From: the human T2T-CHM13v2.0 reference genome, Homo sapiens
Strand: one strand, 5' to 3'
Length of the DNA: 64,000 nucleotides
Assembly (NCBI RefSeq): GCF_009914755.1
Contig: NC_060925.1
Position numbers and translations under genes: made by a program. Shown here one piece after another: positions 33,201 through 64,000 of this stretch (its first letter is position 1; every line of letters starts with the position of its first letter). The notes beneath the pieces are model-generated. The model made no database searches and was not told the origin of the DNA. It was given only the letters and a program-made list of their open reading frames with translations.

Positions 33201-33733
33201 GTCCTGAGCCTTAGGCATTACGTATCATCTTCACCCCTCCTGGAGACCTCAATCCTTGGGGAAGGTAGAAAAAGCTAATGTTTTTGAAAGGACATTAGCA
33301 GAGCTCTGTTAGGAGACCTCAGAGGCCTGGGTTTCTCTCCTCACCATCGCCTTTTTTTTGTTTTTGTTTTTGTTTTTGAGATGGAGTCTTGCTGTGTTGC
33401 CCAAGCTGATCGTGCAGTGGCACGATCTCGGCTCACTGAAACCTCCACCTCCCAGGTTCAAGCGATTCTCCTGCCTCAGGCTCCCGAGTAGCTGGGACTA
33501 CAGGCAGGCATCACCAAGCCCGGCTAATTTTTGTATTTTTAGTAGAGATGGGCTTTCACCATGTTGGTCAGGCTGGTCTCGAACTCCTAACCTTGTGATC
33601 CACCCACCTTGGCCTCTCAAAGTGCTGGGATTACAGGCGTGAGCCACCGTGCCCAGCCTCCCATCGCCCTTTTATATGTAAGGATGACTCCAAAGGAACA
33701 GTAAAACAGTCCATTTGAAATGACTTATGGGAG

Positions 33734-33766
<33 letters not shown>

Positions 33767-34279
33767 CCCGAGACGGAGTCTCGCTCAGTCACAGGCTGGA
33801 GTGCAGTGGCGCTGTCTCGGCTCACTGCAAGCTCCAGGGAGGCCCTTTTTAACTTCAGATCTCCTGTTTGATGAAGAGACACGTAGAATGCTCACCCATA
33901 TTATCAACTTAGGCTGGGTTCAAAAGGCCCTCCAAGCCTTTTGGAGGCTCCCTTCAACAAAATATCGCTCCCTTCAACAAAGGAAATAGTTAACCTCCAC
34001 AATCAACCAGGAGACTTAGTCTTAGTAAAAACTTGGAAAGAAGAATCCGCCAATGATCAATTACATATGAATGGAAGGGGCCGTATCAGGTGTTGTTGAG
34101 TACACCTACGGCTGTTAAACTTCAGGGAGTAACTAGTTTGGTACCCCTGTCCAGGTTAAACCTGTTTCTTATGAGTTGCAGCACAAAAGGAGGCCCCTGT
34201 GACCTGCATCTGTGAGCCTTTGGAGGACCTCTGCTGCCTATTTAAAAGAATCAACACTCAGCCAGAGGTGGTAATGTGA
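30257..34279 (+). pseudogene. ERV pro-pol (protease, RT, RNase H, integrase; defective; Alus at 33352-33657 and 33738-33836)
   Basis: Protease FLMDMGAAYSV (DTG decayed) and PLLGRELL; [24 protein letters not shown] and LQYGDDLL; RNase H WFTDGSSF; integrase WQIDFTQMP; ends EPLEDL..LFKRINTQPEVVM*. Confidence 0.95.
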
Positions 34280-34395
34280 TGCTGTGGGTGGGAATAGGAA
34301 CAGTAATTTTTCTCTTCTTCCTGATTGTAATCCTTCTTTTCTGTTGCTTTAGCCAACCTCTTGGGAAACACCTCTTTTGTCCTTGTTGGGTATAG
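34279..34395 (+). CDS. Putative 38-aa single-pass membrane ORF between pol and env (hypothetical)
   Basis: Hand translation MLWVGIGTVIFLFFLIVILLFCCFSQPLGKHLFCPCWV*; its ATG overlaps the pol stop (TGATG). Too short for the supplied ORF track. Confidence 0.35.
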   Translation: MLWVGIGTVIFLFFLIVILLFCCFSQPLGKHLFCPCWV

Positions 34396-34422
34396 AGGCC
34401 ACTCTAAGGCCCACTGGACACC

Positions 34423-36416
<1,994 letters not shown>

Positions 36417-36431
36417 TTTCTGAGGGGGGAA

Positions 36432-37209
<778 letters not shown>

Positions 37210-37485
37210 CCAACACCCATTATCTCAAGAAGTTCCACATGCTTTCCAAGCACTTGATGTTGTCAGTCTTTCTTTCCCCAAGAGAAATGATCAAAATTGT
37301 AATCGAATGTATTTTTAACTCTAAAACAGAATTTAGATTATTTTATTAAGATCAAATATATAAGTAGTCAGGCATCTCTTATTTTATATTATGCCTATAT
37401 CTGTATCTATATCTATATCTGTCTACACAAACCCTTCAAATTTAAAAATCAGAGCATTATTTCTCAGTCCTTTAAAAATCATATT

Positions 37486-37793
37486 GCTGAGTGCCATGGC
37501 TCATGCTGTAGTCCCAACACTTTGGGAGGCCAAGGAGGGAGGATCGTTTGGAGCCAGGAGTTCCAGATCAGCCTGGGGAACAAAACAAGACCCTATCTTT
37601 ACAAAAATAAATAAATTAATTAATTAAAAAAAAAAGCCACGTGTAGTGGTGCATGCCTATAGTCCCAGCTACTCAGGAGGCTGAGGTGATACGAGGAGGC
37701 CAGGAGTTCGAGGCCGCAGTGATCCATGATCACGCCACTGTACTCCAGCCTGAGTGACAGAGCAAGAACCTGTCTCAAAAAAAAAAAAAAAAA
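37486..37793 (+). mobile_element. AluJ
   Basis: Diverged dimeric Alu. Confidence 0.9.
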
Positions 37794-37799
37794 TCATGT

Positions 37800-38450
37800 A
37801 TCTCCATGTCAAGGATGGGAAAAAACGAGGAACCTCTTACATTGCTGGTGAGAACATAAACTGATACAGCCACTTTGGAAAACTTTGGCAGTGTTTACTA
37901 AAGCTAAACATGCATACACTCTGTGACCAACAATTCTATTCCTGGCTATATCCTCAACAGAAATGAGTGCTTCTGTCTAGCAGAAGACAAGTACGAGAAT
38001 GTTCATAGTAGCTTTATTCATGATAGCTTACACTGGAACAACCCAATGCGCATCAGCAGAAGAATGGGTGGATACATTGTGTTGTACTCATCCAGTGGAA
38101 TATTACGTGGCAATAAGAAAGAACAAAGTACTGATAATAAAACAACATGGGTGAACCTTGCATAATTTTGATTGAAAGAAAAAAAAGAGGTCAGATACAA
38201 AAGAATACACACTGTATGATTGCAATTATATGAAGTTTGAAAACTGGTGCAACTAACCTATAGTGGTAGTGGCCAGACTGGGTTAACCAAGGGAGTGGTA
38301 TTAACTTGCAGGGGACAGGAAAGAGTCCTCTGAAGTGTTGGAATTGTTCTACTCTTGATCTGGGTTGTGAGTACATGGCAGTATATGTATTTAAAGTTGA
38401 TTTGTACATATTACTGTGTCTAAATTATACCCCAATAAAATGGAAAAAAA
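37800..38450 (+). mobile_element. L1M 3' end
   Basis: ...acattgctggtgagaacataaactgatacagccactttggaaaac... ending in cccaataaa. Confidence 0.8.
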
Positions 38451-40066
38451 TCATATAGATGCCAATCATTAAGTGTTGTTACTAAGTCAGATCTTTATGT
38501 CAGATGCAGCCTAAGTTTCTCTTATATTTGACATTTTTCATAGGTGTATTGTAAGAAAGGAAAGAAGCAAGCTGCTTCTTCTATGATATTGGGAGTACTC
38601 TCCAGTTGGGCTGTTCCAGAAATCATTAATCATTAGATTTGGGCAGCTGTCATCTGATTTCTTTTCTTAAAATAATCACTTGGATATATTCTGACTCTGC
38701 TTATGGGGTTTAGACACAGCTTGAGAATAATAACATTCTGCTTTTTATGGGCAATTTTATTTTCTTCAACCATAGATTCAGAAAGAATGAGTTTGTATAG
38801 TATGTCAAAATCTATCAGCAAAAAGACCGTAAGGGCCATACCTATAGTTAATAAAAGTTAAGTTTATCTGGCTTGCTGCAGCAGGAAGAATGCATGAATC
38901 TTGGGACCATCTTAGTAAGGGAGACTTGAGTTTGTGCTTGTGTTGGATGCCTCTGAGAAGGGATTAGGGAAGCCAGAGCCAACTCTGGATTGAATGCTGT
39001 TAGGAAGCCGGGAGGATTGAGTGCAATTCACAAGGTTAGCAGGACCACGGGTCAGCAGGGCAGTGCGGGGCCAGAGCAGAGTGGAAAGTGGACCAAAAGA
39101 GGCACATGGAGAATACCTAGCACAACTGCCTATGTACCCTCCCTAAACTAACTGCCAGAGGAAGCACTTCAGCCAAATGAAAAAATAAGTGAGAAGTTAG
39201 CTGGGAAACAAGGAAGGCATAATATGCTAAACGTGGCAACAAGGGAAAAACCAGTAAAATTTATTGTTATGTATATGTAATTATTGATATTGTTACTGTG
39301 GAAAGATTCTTAACTAAATTCTCATAAAAAGATATATGCTTATTATAATAATTAATACAGAAAGTACTGAAAAAGTTTTTTCAACTGCCCCAAATGCAGC
39401 TACCCCCAACAATTATCTTCAACATTTATCGGTTATCATTCTAGACACTTTCTATGCAAATCCATAGAGAAGCCTAGATATAAATAATTTTATGATGTAG
39501 ACTGTGAAGAATTTCATATTAGGGATGCACTAAAGCTTAGCTGTGGACTTAGTATTTGGCTCAAATCTGCTATTCAACTATGACTTTGGCTCTAGCCCTT
39601 ACAAGGTTAAATAGCCAAATACCTTCTTTGGTATCATTTGTGACATCCCTGAACCTGTGTGTGATCCATGATCACGACTGTGTTGATTTTTGTCATATCT
39701 GATCAACATAACAATATCAGTAAATGAACCAAGCCATGTTATGTGAATTTATTGTTAATATCTGAATATTCACCTTCACATATAGGTAACCATTCAAGAT
39801 ACAGGTTCATGAAAATGTCCTTTGCTTTATATGCCAAAATTCTATTAGTCATTTGAGGTATACATGTATATTTAATATTTCATGAGTAAAACGTTATAAT
39901 AATTAATGATTATTTGAAAGCTGCTAATCGTGTGCACAAAAACAATAAGAACTTTCAAATAAATATGGAAATAGATTGGAAGTTAATGCAATTTTAATGA
40001 GAAAGTGTGCTAACTAGGTATCTTTAGAAGAACTTTATATTGTTTTAAGGTCAAGAGATGTTTATA

Positions 40067-40769
<703 letters not shown>

Positions 40770-40819
40770 AAAATAATCCTTAATAGCTGTATTACTTCTG
40801 TTTATTTATTATACATTAG

Positions 40820-42130
<1,311 letters not shown>

Positions 42131-43081
42131 AGCTCATTTTTTATTATATTATTTTTAAAAACAAACAATATATAATGTCTAATCCTCTAACGCTATTAGA
42201 ATCTTCATTGCCTTCAAACTCAACTGGGTCAAGAAGTCCCCTTCTAGGTCAGACTCCCACTCCCTTGAGTGATGGTTGCTGCAACCATTTCTGGTGTGAA
42301 TCATTTTATTGATCAAAGTTCTTGGTTTTGCAGACAACAGGATCTGCAATACTCTGTTTAAACAGAAAGGGATGTATCACAAGGTATTAGGTACTAGATA
42401 AAGCTGAATTTTGAGACAATGTATTGTGGTTGATGTAGCATCTTGGGCGATACTGGTTATGAGTGACATAAGGAAGGCTCTTAGGTCAGGTTCCCGAGAA
42501 CAGAGTCTGACATGAATATTCTTGTTCCAGTGATTTATGAGAGGAGTCCTCTCAGAAGAAGAGGTGGGAGAGAAACAGGATAGGACAGAGGAAGAAAGCT
42601 AAGCAAGTGTGTGGATACTGTCTTCAGCCTGGACCCACAGGGAGCACTGGAGCATAAATTATACCACAGAATTTGTTTCTGTTTGAGGCTGGTGGGATGT
42701 CCCTTTGTACCCCAGAGAGGGTGCAGAACTTCCTGAAGGAGTTGACTGCATTTGGTTGAGAATATGTGATTATTTAGAGAAGGAGCAGCTCACTGTCACA
42801 GCAACTGGGGCAGGGTGCACTGACCAGGGCAGAGCACCAACAGTGAGCCAATGCCACCCTGACCTCATGGGGGAAGGGTGGGGATAACCTGGGGCCAGAT
42901 CAGAATTAGGTGGGGGTGGGACAGAGCAGGACAGGAGAGGCTGGGAGGAGCAGAACCGAGAGGGTCTGTGTTTCCTGTGTACCCTGGAAGCACAAGCCTG
43001 GGTTCTCTGAGCCTCAGGCAGCACTGACCTTTCTTCCCCATCTGGGCATGAGAAGGACAGGAGAAGCCCTTTCCTCAGCAC

Positions 43082-43376
43082 TTTTTTTTTCTTTCTCTTT
43101 TTGAGACAGAGTTTGCTTTGTCACCCAGGCTGGAGTGCAGTGGTGTGATCTCGGCTCACTATAATCTCTGCCCCCTGGGTTCAAGCAATTCTCCTGCCTC
43201 AGCCTCCTGAGTAGCTAGGATTACAGGTGCATGTCACCATGCCTGGGTAATTTTTGCGTTTTTGGCAGAGATGGGGTCTCACCATGTTGTTTAGGCTGTC
43301 TCAAACTCCTGACCTCAAGTGATATGCCCACCTCTCAAAGTGCTGGGATTACAGGTGTGAGCCACTGCGCCCAGCC
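43082..43376 (-). mobile_element. AluS
   Basis: Antisense Alu. Confidence 0.95.
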
Positions 43377-44348
43377 CCTTTCATCAGCGTCTCATTCCAG
43401 TTTCTGGGTCCTGAGCACTTCACCTTGAGGCCCCTCTTTACGGGAAAAGTCTCACTGAGGTGAGGACATACCAGCCAGGAGTGGGGTGAGCAGGAGAGCT
43501 CCTGGGGCAGGGCCCTCCAGTTACTATGTAGCCCCCACCACCTCCCTGTTACTGGGGCAGAGAGAACCAAGCTTCTCTGTCAGCAGCCTCCTCCCTTCCC
43601 CTGCCCTTCGGCCTTGGCCTTGATCTCAAGCTAATGTGTTATCTGATTCATTAGGTGGTGGGCAGTTTTTCCCAAGCTGCCTGCCTCAGTCTGGACTGGA
43701 ACATTCTGGCCTCACAGGAGGGCTGGCCCCTGCCCTCACAGGAAGCTTTAACCCTTGCTCTGCTAGCATGATTCTCCAGGGTCACAGGCTGGGGTTATGT
43801 TTTCTCCAGAGTGGCACCAAACGGAAGCTTGTGGAGAGTTTAGACACTCAACACACTTCCTCATTCTCCCCCAAGCTAGGCAGAAAATGCCTAATCTGAG
43901 TAAAAATAGTTTGTCCCCTGGCCCATCCCCTGTTGTAACACAATTGTGACCCTGTGCCCTTTTACATAGAATTTCTGGGGTCACCACTGGTGACATCACT
44001 AGCTGAGTGGCCTTAGAATCCTTACCTCTGCTTTCTGCATTTATTCCCCTCCCCCAGCCACATGCCTCCTCTCAGGGGTCAGGGCCTGACCCCCTCCCCT
44101 CACAGAAATGTGTATTTTATTTTAATGATCACTCATGTGGAGAGGTAAAAGTCTGCAAACTGAGGCAGGTCTGGGTGGGAGACATTTCAGGACAGGGTCT
44201 TCCAGTCCTCACATCCTACCAGGAGATGGATAGGACACTCCCTGGCAGGATAGGGGTGGGGGTTCAGCATGGGAGGAGGGCTTTCCTGGGCAGGAGGCCT
44301 TGGCCAGAGGGGTCCACCCCAGTCTAGCTGGCTTTCCTTCTCCCCTTA

Positions 44349-44526
44349 TGTGTTAGTCTGTTCTTGCTTTGCTATGAAGAAATACCTGAGGCTGGGTAAC
44401 TAATAAAGAAAAGAGGTTTATTTTGGCTTATGGTTCTGCAGGCTGTCAGGAAGCATCTGCTTCTTGGGAGGCCTCAGGGAGCTTACAACTGCCATGGAAG
44501 GCGGAGGGGAGCCAGTGTGTTACATG

Positions 44527-44569
<43 letters not shown>

Positions 44570-44770
44570 CAGGAGGAGCCACACTCTTTTAAACAAGCAG
44601 ATCTCTAGTAATTCAGCGAGAAATCACTCATTATTGCAAGGACAGCACGAAGCCATTCATGAGGGATCCGCCTCCGGGACCTAAACACCTCCCACTAGGC
44701 CCCACCTCCAACACTGGGGATCACATTTCAACTGAGATTTGGAGGGGATGAACACCTACACCATATCACC
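44349..44770 (-). mobile_element. MST-type MaLR solo LTR with internal (GA)n
   Basis: tgtgttagtctgttcttgctttgctatgaagaaatacctgaggctgggtaa...cccacctccaacactggggatcacatttcaactgagatttgg. Confidence 0.85.
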
Positions 44771-45234
44771 CTAGTCCTAACCTTGGGGGATGCTGAGGGA
44801 AAGACGGAGTCTGTTTTTTAACCCTCGCTGCTTTGGTGGGAAAGTACCCTGTGTTCTGGGTCAGGATGCCATGTTCCAATCCAAAAGGTGCCAACTTCCT
44901 CTTTCTCTTTTCCCTGCTCTTGTCCAACCTTAGCATCTGCTCCTGCCCCAGCGTCGGCGATGCATGTCTCTGTGGCCGCTGTGCTCGGTGGGTGTCTTTT
45001 GCCTCCAGTAGCCCATGGGTAGGGGAGGGCGGAATCTGGATGCCACACCCTCAGCCCGTCCCTTCTGTGCTCTGCATTCCCCCCACCTTTGACCCTCTGG
45101 TTTTATTGATTCATCCTTCTTTCTTGCATTTTAGTCTCTAAGTCAATTAGTTCTTGTCTGTAGCCTATAAACATGATAAAGCCTCCATTATTTTAAAAAG
45201 TCCCCAAATCTCCCTCTACCAAACCTCCTTTTTA

Positions 45235-45600
45235 ATTTTTTAAGTGATTTTTTAAATTTGTATGCATTTATGGGGCACAAGTGTAATTTTGTTACATTGA
45301 TATTTTGTATAGTGGTGAAGTCAGGGCTTGTGGTGGATCCATCACTGGAGTAACATACATTGAACCCATTAAGTGATTTCTCATCATCCACCCCCCTCCA
45401 CCCTCTCGCCCTTCCGAATTTCCATTGTCTGTCATTCCACACTCTACTTCCACATGTACACATTATTTAGCTCCCACTTATAAGACAGAACACGTGGTAT
45501 TTGTTTTTCTGTGTCTGAGGTGTTTCACTTAGGATAATGGCCTCCAGTTCCTCCCATGTTGCAGTAAAAGACATGATTTCGTTATTTTTTATGGCTGAAA
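45235..45600 (-). mobile_element. L1MA 3' end; partial Alu follows at 45644-45765
   Basis: ...ttagctcccacttataag...gtttcacttaggataatggcctccagttc... Confidence 0.8.
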
Positions 45601-46079
45601 AACCATTCTACCCCACATTCTCACCTCTCCCTTTTCCCTTGTCTTTTTTTTTTTTTTTTTTTTTTTTTTTGAGACAGGGTCTTGCTCTGTTGCCCAGGCT
45701 GGAGTGCAGGGGCATGATCACACTGTAGCTTTGAACTCCTGGGCTCCAGTGAGCCTCCCACCTCCCTTGTCTTTATCAGAGCCAAACCCTACGGGATTAC
45801 CAAGTAGACAAACAAAGCACATGTTTGAGGCACCAACAAAGAAGGACAACACAGCAAATAAGCATTATTGAACAGGGGAAGGGGAAGGACAGTTATTTTT
45901 AATACAAATTTGCAAGTAAGTTAACTGCAATTAAAATAATTTAGAAAGTTTATTTTAATTTTAACATTTATATATTTTTATGTTATTTTGAAAATAAAAA
46001 AACTCACTTTGTATTACTTGTAGGAGGATGGGAACCATAATCTTTTAAAGGTGTTAATTCAGCCCTGCGGTCAAACCTC

Positions 46080-48720
<2,641 letters not shown>

Positions 48721-50065
48721 CAGAGAGGCTGGCCCTGGCTGGGAGGGACCTGAGCACTGCTGCACTCCCCTGGGGAGCCCTTCCTAAGGCACCTGCCTGG
48801 CTTCCTGTTTCACTTCCCTCGGCTCCAGTGTCTGCTCTTTGTAGAAGTCTTTTCTGACCACCTTTCTAGAATGATGTTCTCCATCACTCTCTTTGCTTTA
48901 CTTTTTTTTCTCCTTTACTTTCATATGTAGCACTTCTCATTATAATATAACAAATTTATTTTCTGTTTTCCTTACTACCACAAAAGTTTCATGAGGGAAG
49001 AGACTTAGTCTTATTTGCCACTGTATCCCCAACTCTTAGAATAGTTCCTGGCACGCAGTAGCTGCCCCCCCAACAATATTTGAGAAAGAAGGAATAAGTG
49101 AGTCTCTTCTCCATGTCCATTGCAACATGCTCAGTTCTCATTCTACCCTTATTTTTATTCCGTTCATCTATAACTCACATCTCTTCCCATTCTCCTTCCC
49201 CATCTGTCCAAGCAAACATTCAGGCCCATTTCTGCTGTCATCCTCATCATGCCCCTACCATCATCCCCCGTACCATCCTTACCCCATGTGTACCCATCTT
49301 CATCTCGTTTATGTTTTATCTCCTCCTCCCCTCCCCTAATTCCCCTTCTAACTCCTTTCTCCTCTCTGGTCTCTGTCCCCATCAACATCCCCTCTCCTCA
49401 TCCTCATTGCCTTTTGATGCCACCATTGTGGCTAGCCGCCTTCTGTTGCCATTACCAATGCCGTGTCTGTTCCACCTCTCTCCCCTTCCGTTCCTTTGTC
49501 ATTGACAAGAGATCTCCATCTCTGCTACCATACCTTCCCCATTCCAGTCTGCCCACCCAGGGGAAGACAGACAGCTTTGCACTGTGTGTCTAGAAGCTGC
49601 CAGGGACATAGTTAATATAAGCAACTGTGGGAAGAAAGACAGAGGGAACTGCTTCTTCTCACTTAGTGACTTCAGTAAATATTAACAAGCATATTTCACG
49701 AACCAGCACTATTTCCTGCAACAGACATAATAAATGACTTTCTGAAATTTTCTAAAGTATGCTTTTACAAATATTGGCATTATCACAAGCATTGCGACTA
49801 GGGTTCCAAGCCTGAGAGATTAAAATAGTCTTTGTGCTAAAAAACAATCTGACTTCTCAGAAGGCCCTTTTCTTCTTTATTTATAATATCAGGAAACCCT
49901 GGAACAGTGTCTATAAGTCATGAAAAACAGAGCAATTGAAATGGAATCTCACTTGGGACCCCAGTCACTGCTCCAGACTGACCAGTCAGTGGACAAGGCT
50001 TCTCGCATTGCTCACCAGGTTATAACTACTCTGTATTCTTCTTACCTTCAAGAGGAATTATCAAG

Positions 50066-50167
50066 GTGGGGTGCGACGGCTCATGCCTGTAATCCCAGTG
50101 CTTTGAGAGGCTGAGGCAGGCAGATGACTTGAGGTCAGGAGTTCAAGACCAGCCTGGCTAACAAAAT

Positions 50168-50210
<43 letters not shown>
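50066..50210 (+). mobile_element. Alu left-arm fragment ending in (CA)n
   Basis: Alu left arm to ~50165, then a CA run. Confidence 0.85.
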
Positions 50211-50213
<3 letters not shown>

Positions 50214-51781
50214 ATACATTAGTTATTGTCACATACACACAAAGCTATTATTCCCAGTATAATTATAATTCCTCATGTAACTTTGTTTCTAGTTATCTTA
50301 GTAAGCTACCAACACAACAGCATAACAGCATAGGTCTCAATTCTCAATCTGGTGTTTGATACTTTGGCATTTTCTGGAATGTATAGTAGTGTTATTTACT
50401 AAGGAGGGCACACATTTTTTTCATGGCTAGAATAAAATCACAACGCATGTGGTTTTGTAAAAATCACAGTTGAATTTGCTACCATTCCTGTTGTATGTAA
50501 ATTTGACTTATAAGAAAGAATGCTTATTTGAACCAGGTATTCAAATATTATTATTTGACCAGGGTCAAATACAAATATTATTAGACCGGGGTCTAATAAG
50601 TGTTTCTAACATAGTGTCATTAAGGCCAGCCAAGTAGAGTCCTTGAAGTCCGTCATTTTCTCTTCTAAACAATATTTAGATTTGCCTTGCCAATGTAACA
50701 ATCCTCTGAGAATCCTATTTTGTTCAAGGTCCATATTAACCAAGCTCCTTCAGACTGACATCTTTTTCCCTATTTTCTGTAAATTATGAAACATTTTTTT
50801 CCTCATGTGTATGGTGAGAACAAACAACAATTTATTTGCTCATTCTCCCTTTGATGGGCACCTGAATTACCTCTACTTTTTGTCTACAACAAAACATGCT
50901 GATATTAACATTTTTGTTTATGTGATCTGGTTCTGTAAATCTGTACACAAATTTCTAAAAGTCATGAACCTAGGAGTAGAGTTGCTAGGTTGTAGGGTAT
51001 TACATTTTCAACTTTAGCATGCACTGCCAAACCTTTCCCCAAAGTGGTTGCACCAATTCTGTATTCCATCAGCAATGTATGAGAATCTTATTATGACACA
51101 AACTTCATGTGCCTTCTCAGATTCCTCTAATTGCCTTCTTTTCTCTTTCTAAGCACCCAAACTGCACCTGGTCACCTGTCTACATTCAGATTTAGATGAA
51201 AGCCACACCATGGAGGCAGCCAGAGGCCCATGGGAGATGTCTGGATTCGCAGAGGAATAGCTCCATGTGATGCAAACCTTGACTAATGGGAACAGGAAAA
51301 GGGAGGAAACCAGGAAGATAAATCTCCCTCCCTTCTCATTGCTCCTTGCAACCCTTCCCACTTGAAGCATGACCACATTTAATGAATAACCTGCTGTGTC
51401 TCTTGGAAGCTTGCTGCAAGGCAGCAATCAGCACAATAACATTGTATTGTATCTTCCTCTGCTTCACTTCTCTTCCTCCCTCACCCTCACTGCCCTGAGC
51501 TGGCACATCCCAAAGAAAGCATTACCACATTAATCCTTGTCTCAGACTCTGCTTTCAAGAGGATCTAGGTGAAGGAAATTCCTATTACTCCACCTCTTCA
51601 TCACCTCTTCAAATGTCAGACTTTAAAAATGGTGTCATTTTGTTGAGTGTATCTCATTGTGGTTTTAATTTGCATTTTCCTGATTATGAATGGGGTTGGC
51701 TAACTTTTCCTATGTTTATTGGATTTCTTCATTTTTGAAGTGCTTGTTTAAGTTTTCTACTAATTTTTCTATTGGGTTGTC

Positions 51782-53032
<1,251 letters not shown>

Positions 53033-53497
53033 ATCCTGCTCTTTATATTTTCTGGATACTAGTCCCTTATTGATTATATATGCTGCAAATATCTTCTCCC
53101 ACTCTGAGGATTAGTTTTTTTGCTGCCTTAATGATGACTTTTGTTGAACAGAAGTTTACTTTAATTTGGCAAAATGATCAATCAGTTCCTTTATGGTTGG
53201 TGCTGTAGATGTCTTAATAACACTGAAACCATGAAGCAAGCTATTCTTTTATAATGCCTTCTGAAAGCTTTATGATTTTGCCTTTCACATTTAGGTAGTT
53301 ACACAGTTACTATGCAATTTATTGCTGCTTGACTCCAAATCCAATCTTCTTTGCCCTGCTTTGTGATACTGGAGCCAGACCTTGTAAACATTTCTGCTTT
53401 GTCACCTGACACAATGGTAGATCTTGCCAGAAGAAATTGCTGGAGGGTCATTGCCAGAGGAAGGGGCTCCTCTTCCCGGTTCTGGGGCTTTTCCTTC

Positions 53498-56853
<3,356 letters not shown>

Positions 56854-57049
56854 TAGAGATTTTCCTTAGTTCCTTGTACTCCTAAGTGTATAAATATCTA
56901 TTTGTTGAAATGTATCCACTATCAATATATTTTAAAGAAGAGCTTTTCAAAATATGTAGTGAGCCATACCGCTAGTGGCAGAAGTCTTTTTTGTTGTTAC
57001 ATCATCTAGAATGTTATTATATGTGACATTACCAACTTGTTCTAAAATG

Positions 57050-59300
<2,251 letters not shown>

Positions 59301-59462
59301 ACTATCCTCAGCTAATTGTGGGTGGTGTGAGCAGTGATGGGATTAGTGTGTCAGTAAGACATTACACATTTCCCTATAATCGGATCTGAAAACTAAGGGT
59401 TATGATCACTGTTGAAGGTTAAAGTTGCCTAATCCTGGAAGCGAAGCTCTTAAAAAGTTTTT

Positions 59463-61571
<2,109 letters not shown>

Positions 61572-62772
61572 TTAAAAGCAGAGAAACAGTACAATAGCTG
61601 GAAGGGGGAATAAGAAAAAGCTTAGCCTTTGCCTTTTTGTTTCCTGGGTTTTTGGAGAGTTCAGAAGCTAGTACAGCATCTTTGCATCCTGATGGTGATT
61701 ATCCACTGGAGAGTGAATAACAACAGTATAGGAGAGTTAGGGAAATTGCAGGAGCAAAGAGAGGGCACAGCCAGCCCAGAGAGAAGGCAGAGGATTTGTG
61801 TAAGGATGCTGTTGGCTTGGTGAATTTGATGGCTGTGGGAGTTCTCTCCTGGTGGCCTCCATTAGTGAAATAAGAAACAAGGTCATCAGCAGAGAGTTAG
61901 GATGGAACATGTATAAAGAGGGAGGAAAAGCTGTGAAATAATTAACTCAGAGAGGAGGAGAGTTAATGGACTAGAAAAATGTAGAATAATTGCCAGGAAG
62001 TTAAGTGCCCACTTGAGGTAAGTGGTCATGAATTTAAAGCAGTCCAGTCAACACAGTTGCTTTTCTTCAGCCATATTCGGCAGCATCGATGTAGATATAG
62101 AAGAACTGGATTTCACAAGGGTTTGGGTTTTGCCAAGCAACTAATACAAATTGAGGGTTGATAATACAGTTGAGGGTAATTGCAATGGCTGATTATGATT
62201 GAGCATGGAATTTAAACTGGGTGAGGAAGTGTATTGGTCAGTTCAGGCTGCCGTAACAAGATATCACAGAATGGGTGACTTAAACGACAGACATTTATTT
62301 TGTCATCTTTTTTGTTTGTTTGTTTATTTTGAGATAAGGTCTTGCTCTGTCACCCAGGCTGTATTGCAGTGGTGTGATCATGGCTCACTGCAGCCTCCAC
62401 TTCCCTGGGCTCAGGGGATCCTCCTACCTCAGCCTCCCAAGTAGCTAGGACTACAGGTGTGCACCATCACACCCAGCTAATTAAAACAAAAAAAAATTTT
62501 TTTTAAAGACAGGGTCTCCCTATGTTGCCTAGGCTGGTTTCAAACTCTTGACCTCAAATGATCCTCCCACATCAGCCTCCCAAAGTGCTGGGATTATAGG
62601 TGCGAGCCACCACACCCGACTATTTTCTTCTAATTTTAGAAGCTGGACTTCCAGGATGGAGGTACAAGCAGGGTATGGTAGGTTGCTGGTGAGGCTTGTG
62701 ACATCTGCCTTCTGGCTGTCCTCACATGACCTTTCCTCTGTGACTATGCAGAGAGCTCTCTGGTGCCTCTTC

Positions 62773-62778
62773 CTATAT

Positions 62779-62844
<66 letters not shown>

Positions 62845-62885
62845 TATATAAACACACACACACACACATATATATAATATATATG
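62773..62885. repeat. Compound (TA)n(CA)n microsatellite at the pseudogene tail position
   Basis: Visible repeat immediately 3' of the pseudogene poly(A) signal on the minus strand. Confidence 0.9.
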
Positions 62886-62894
62886 AAATTATGA

Positions 62895-63600
<706 letters not shown>

Positions 63601-64000
63601 TGTCTAAGGTGATTTCTTCGTGTTCTTATAGGGACACTAGTCCTATGCGATAGGGCCACTCTTACAACTTCATTTAGCTTTAATTACCTCTTCACATGCC
63701 CTATTTCCAAATGCAGTCACATTGGGGGTTAGGGTTTCAATGTCTGAACTTTGGTGGGGGGCACAATTTAGTCTGCAACAGGAAGGAGTGAGATAGATGA
63801 GGGCACAGTGGTAAGATGAATGCATTGTAGGTAATGATCACTGGAGCTAGAGCGTTAGGTGTGAGCTGAAAATAGGAGGAGCTGATTGGAGAATGGGGTG
63901 TGTGAAATTGGGAGCAAAGAAGGGTTGCAATAATTTGTCATAACAAAATCTAGGGTATGACTATGGGGATGAGTGGCTGACTTAGTGGATAAAAAGACCA

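Noticed and set aside
49098-49593. Cluster of ORFs in a pyrimidine-rich block
   Set aside because: Low-complexity strand-skewed sequence giving Pro/Ser/Leu-rich frames with no homology I recognise.

Overview
Human or great-ape genomic DNA, dense in Alu, L1, L2, MIR, MaLR and hAT repeats. I find no intact protein-coding exon; almost all ORFs in the track are Alu-derived or GC-rich noise. Main contents: (1) a CpG-island promoter at ~5.0-6.7 kb with a minus-strand non-coding first exon (6397-~6560) that I recognise from memory as SLC6A9/GlyT1 exon 1a, with two ATF4-type CARE elements; (2) a complete but decayed class I (gamma-like) endogenous provirus at 25340-37209 with MER66-like LTRs, a 4-bp CCAA target-site duplication, gag-pro-pol and an env related to EnvV (ERVV-1/2); (3) an older minus-strand ERV pol/env remnant at ~57-59.3 kb; (4) an ATP5MC1 processed pseudogene nested in a MaLR LTR at ~62.9-63.6 kb. 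The most unusual observations are an intact 38-codon transmembrane ORF coupled to the pol stop (TGATG) just upstream of env, an integrase-core copy in the proviral leader, a CARE element that doubles as a uORF start, and several local templated-insertion or fold-back scars. Family and gene names come from recall, not database searches, and repeat boundaries are approximate.
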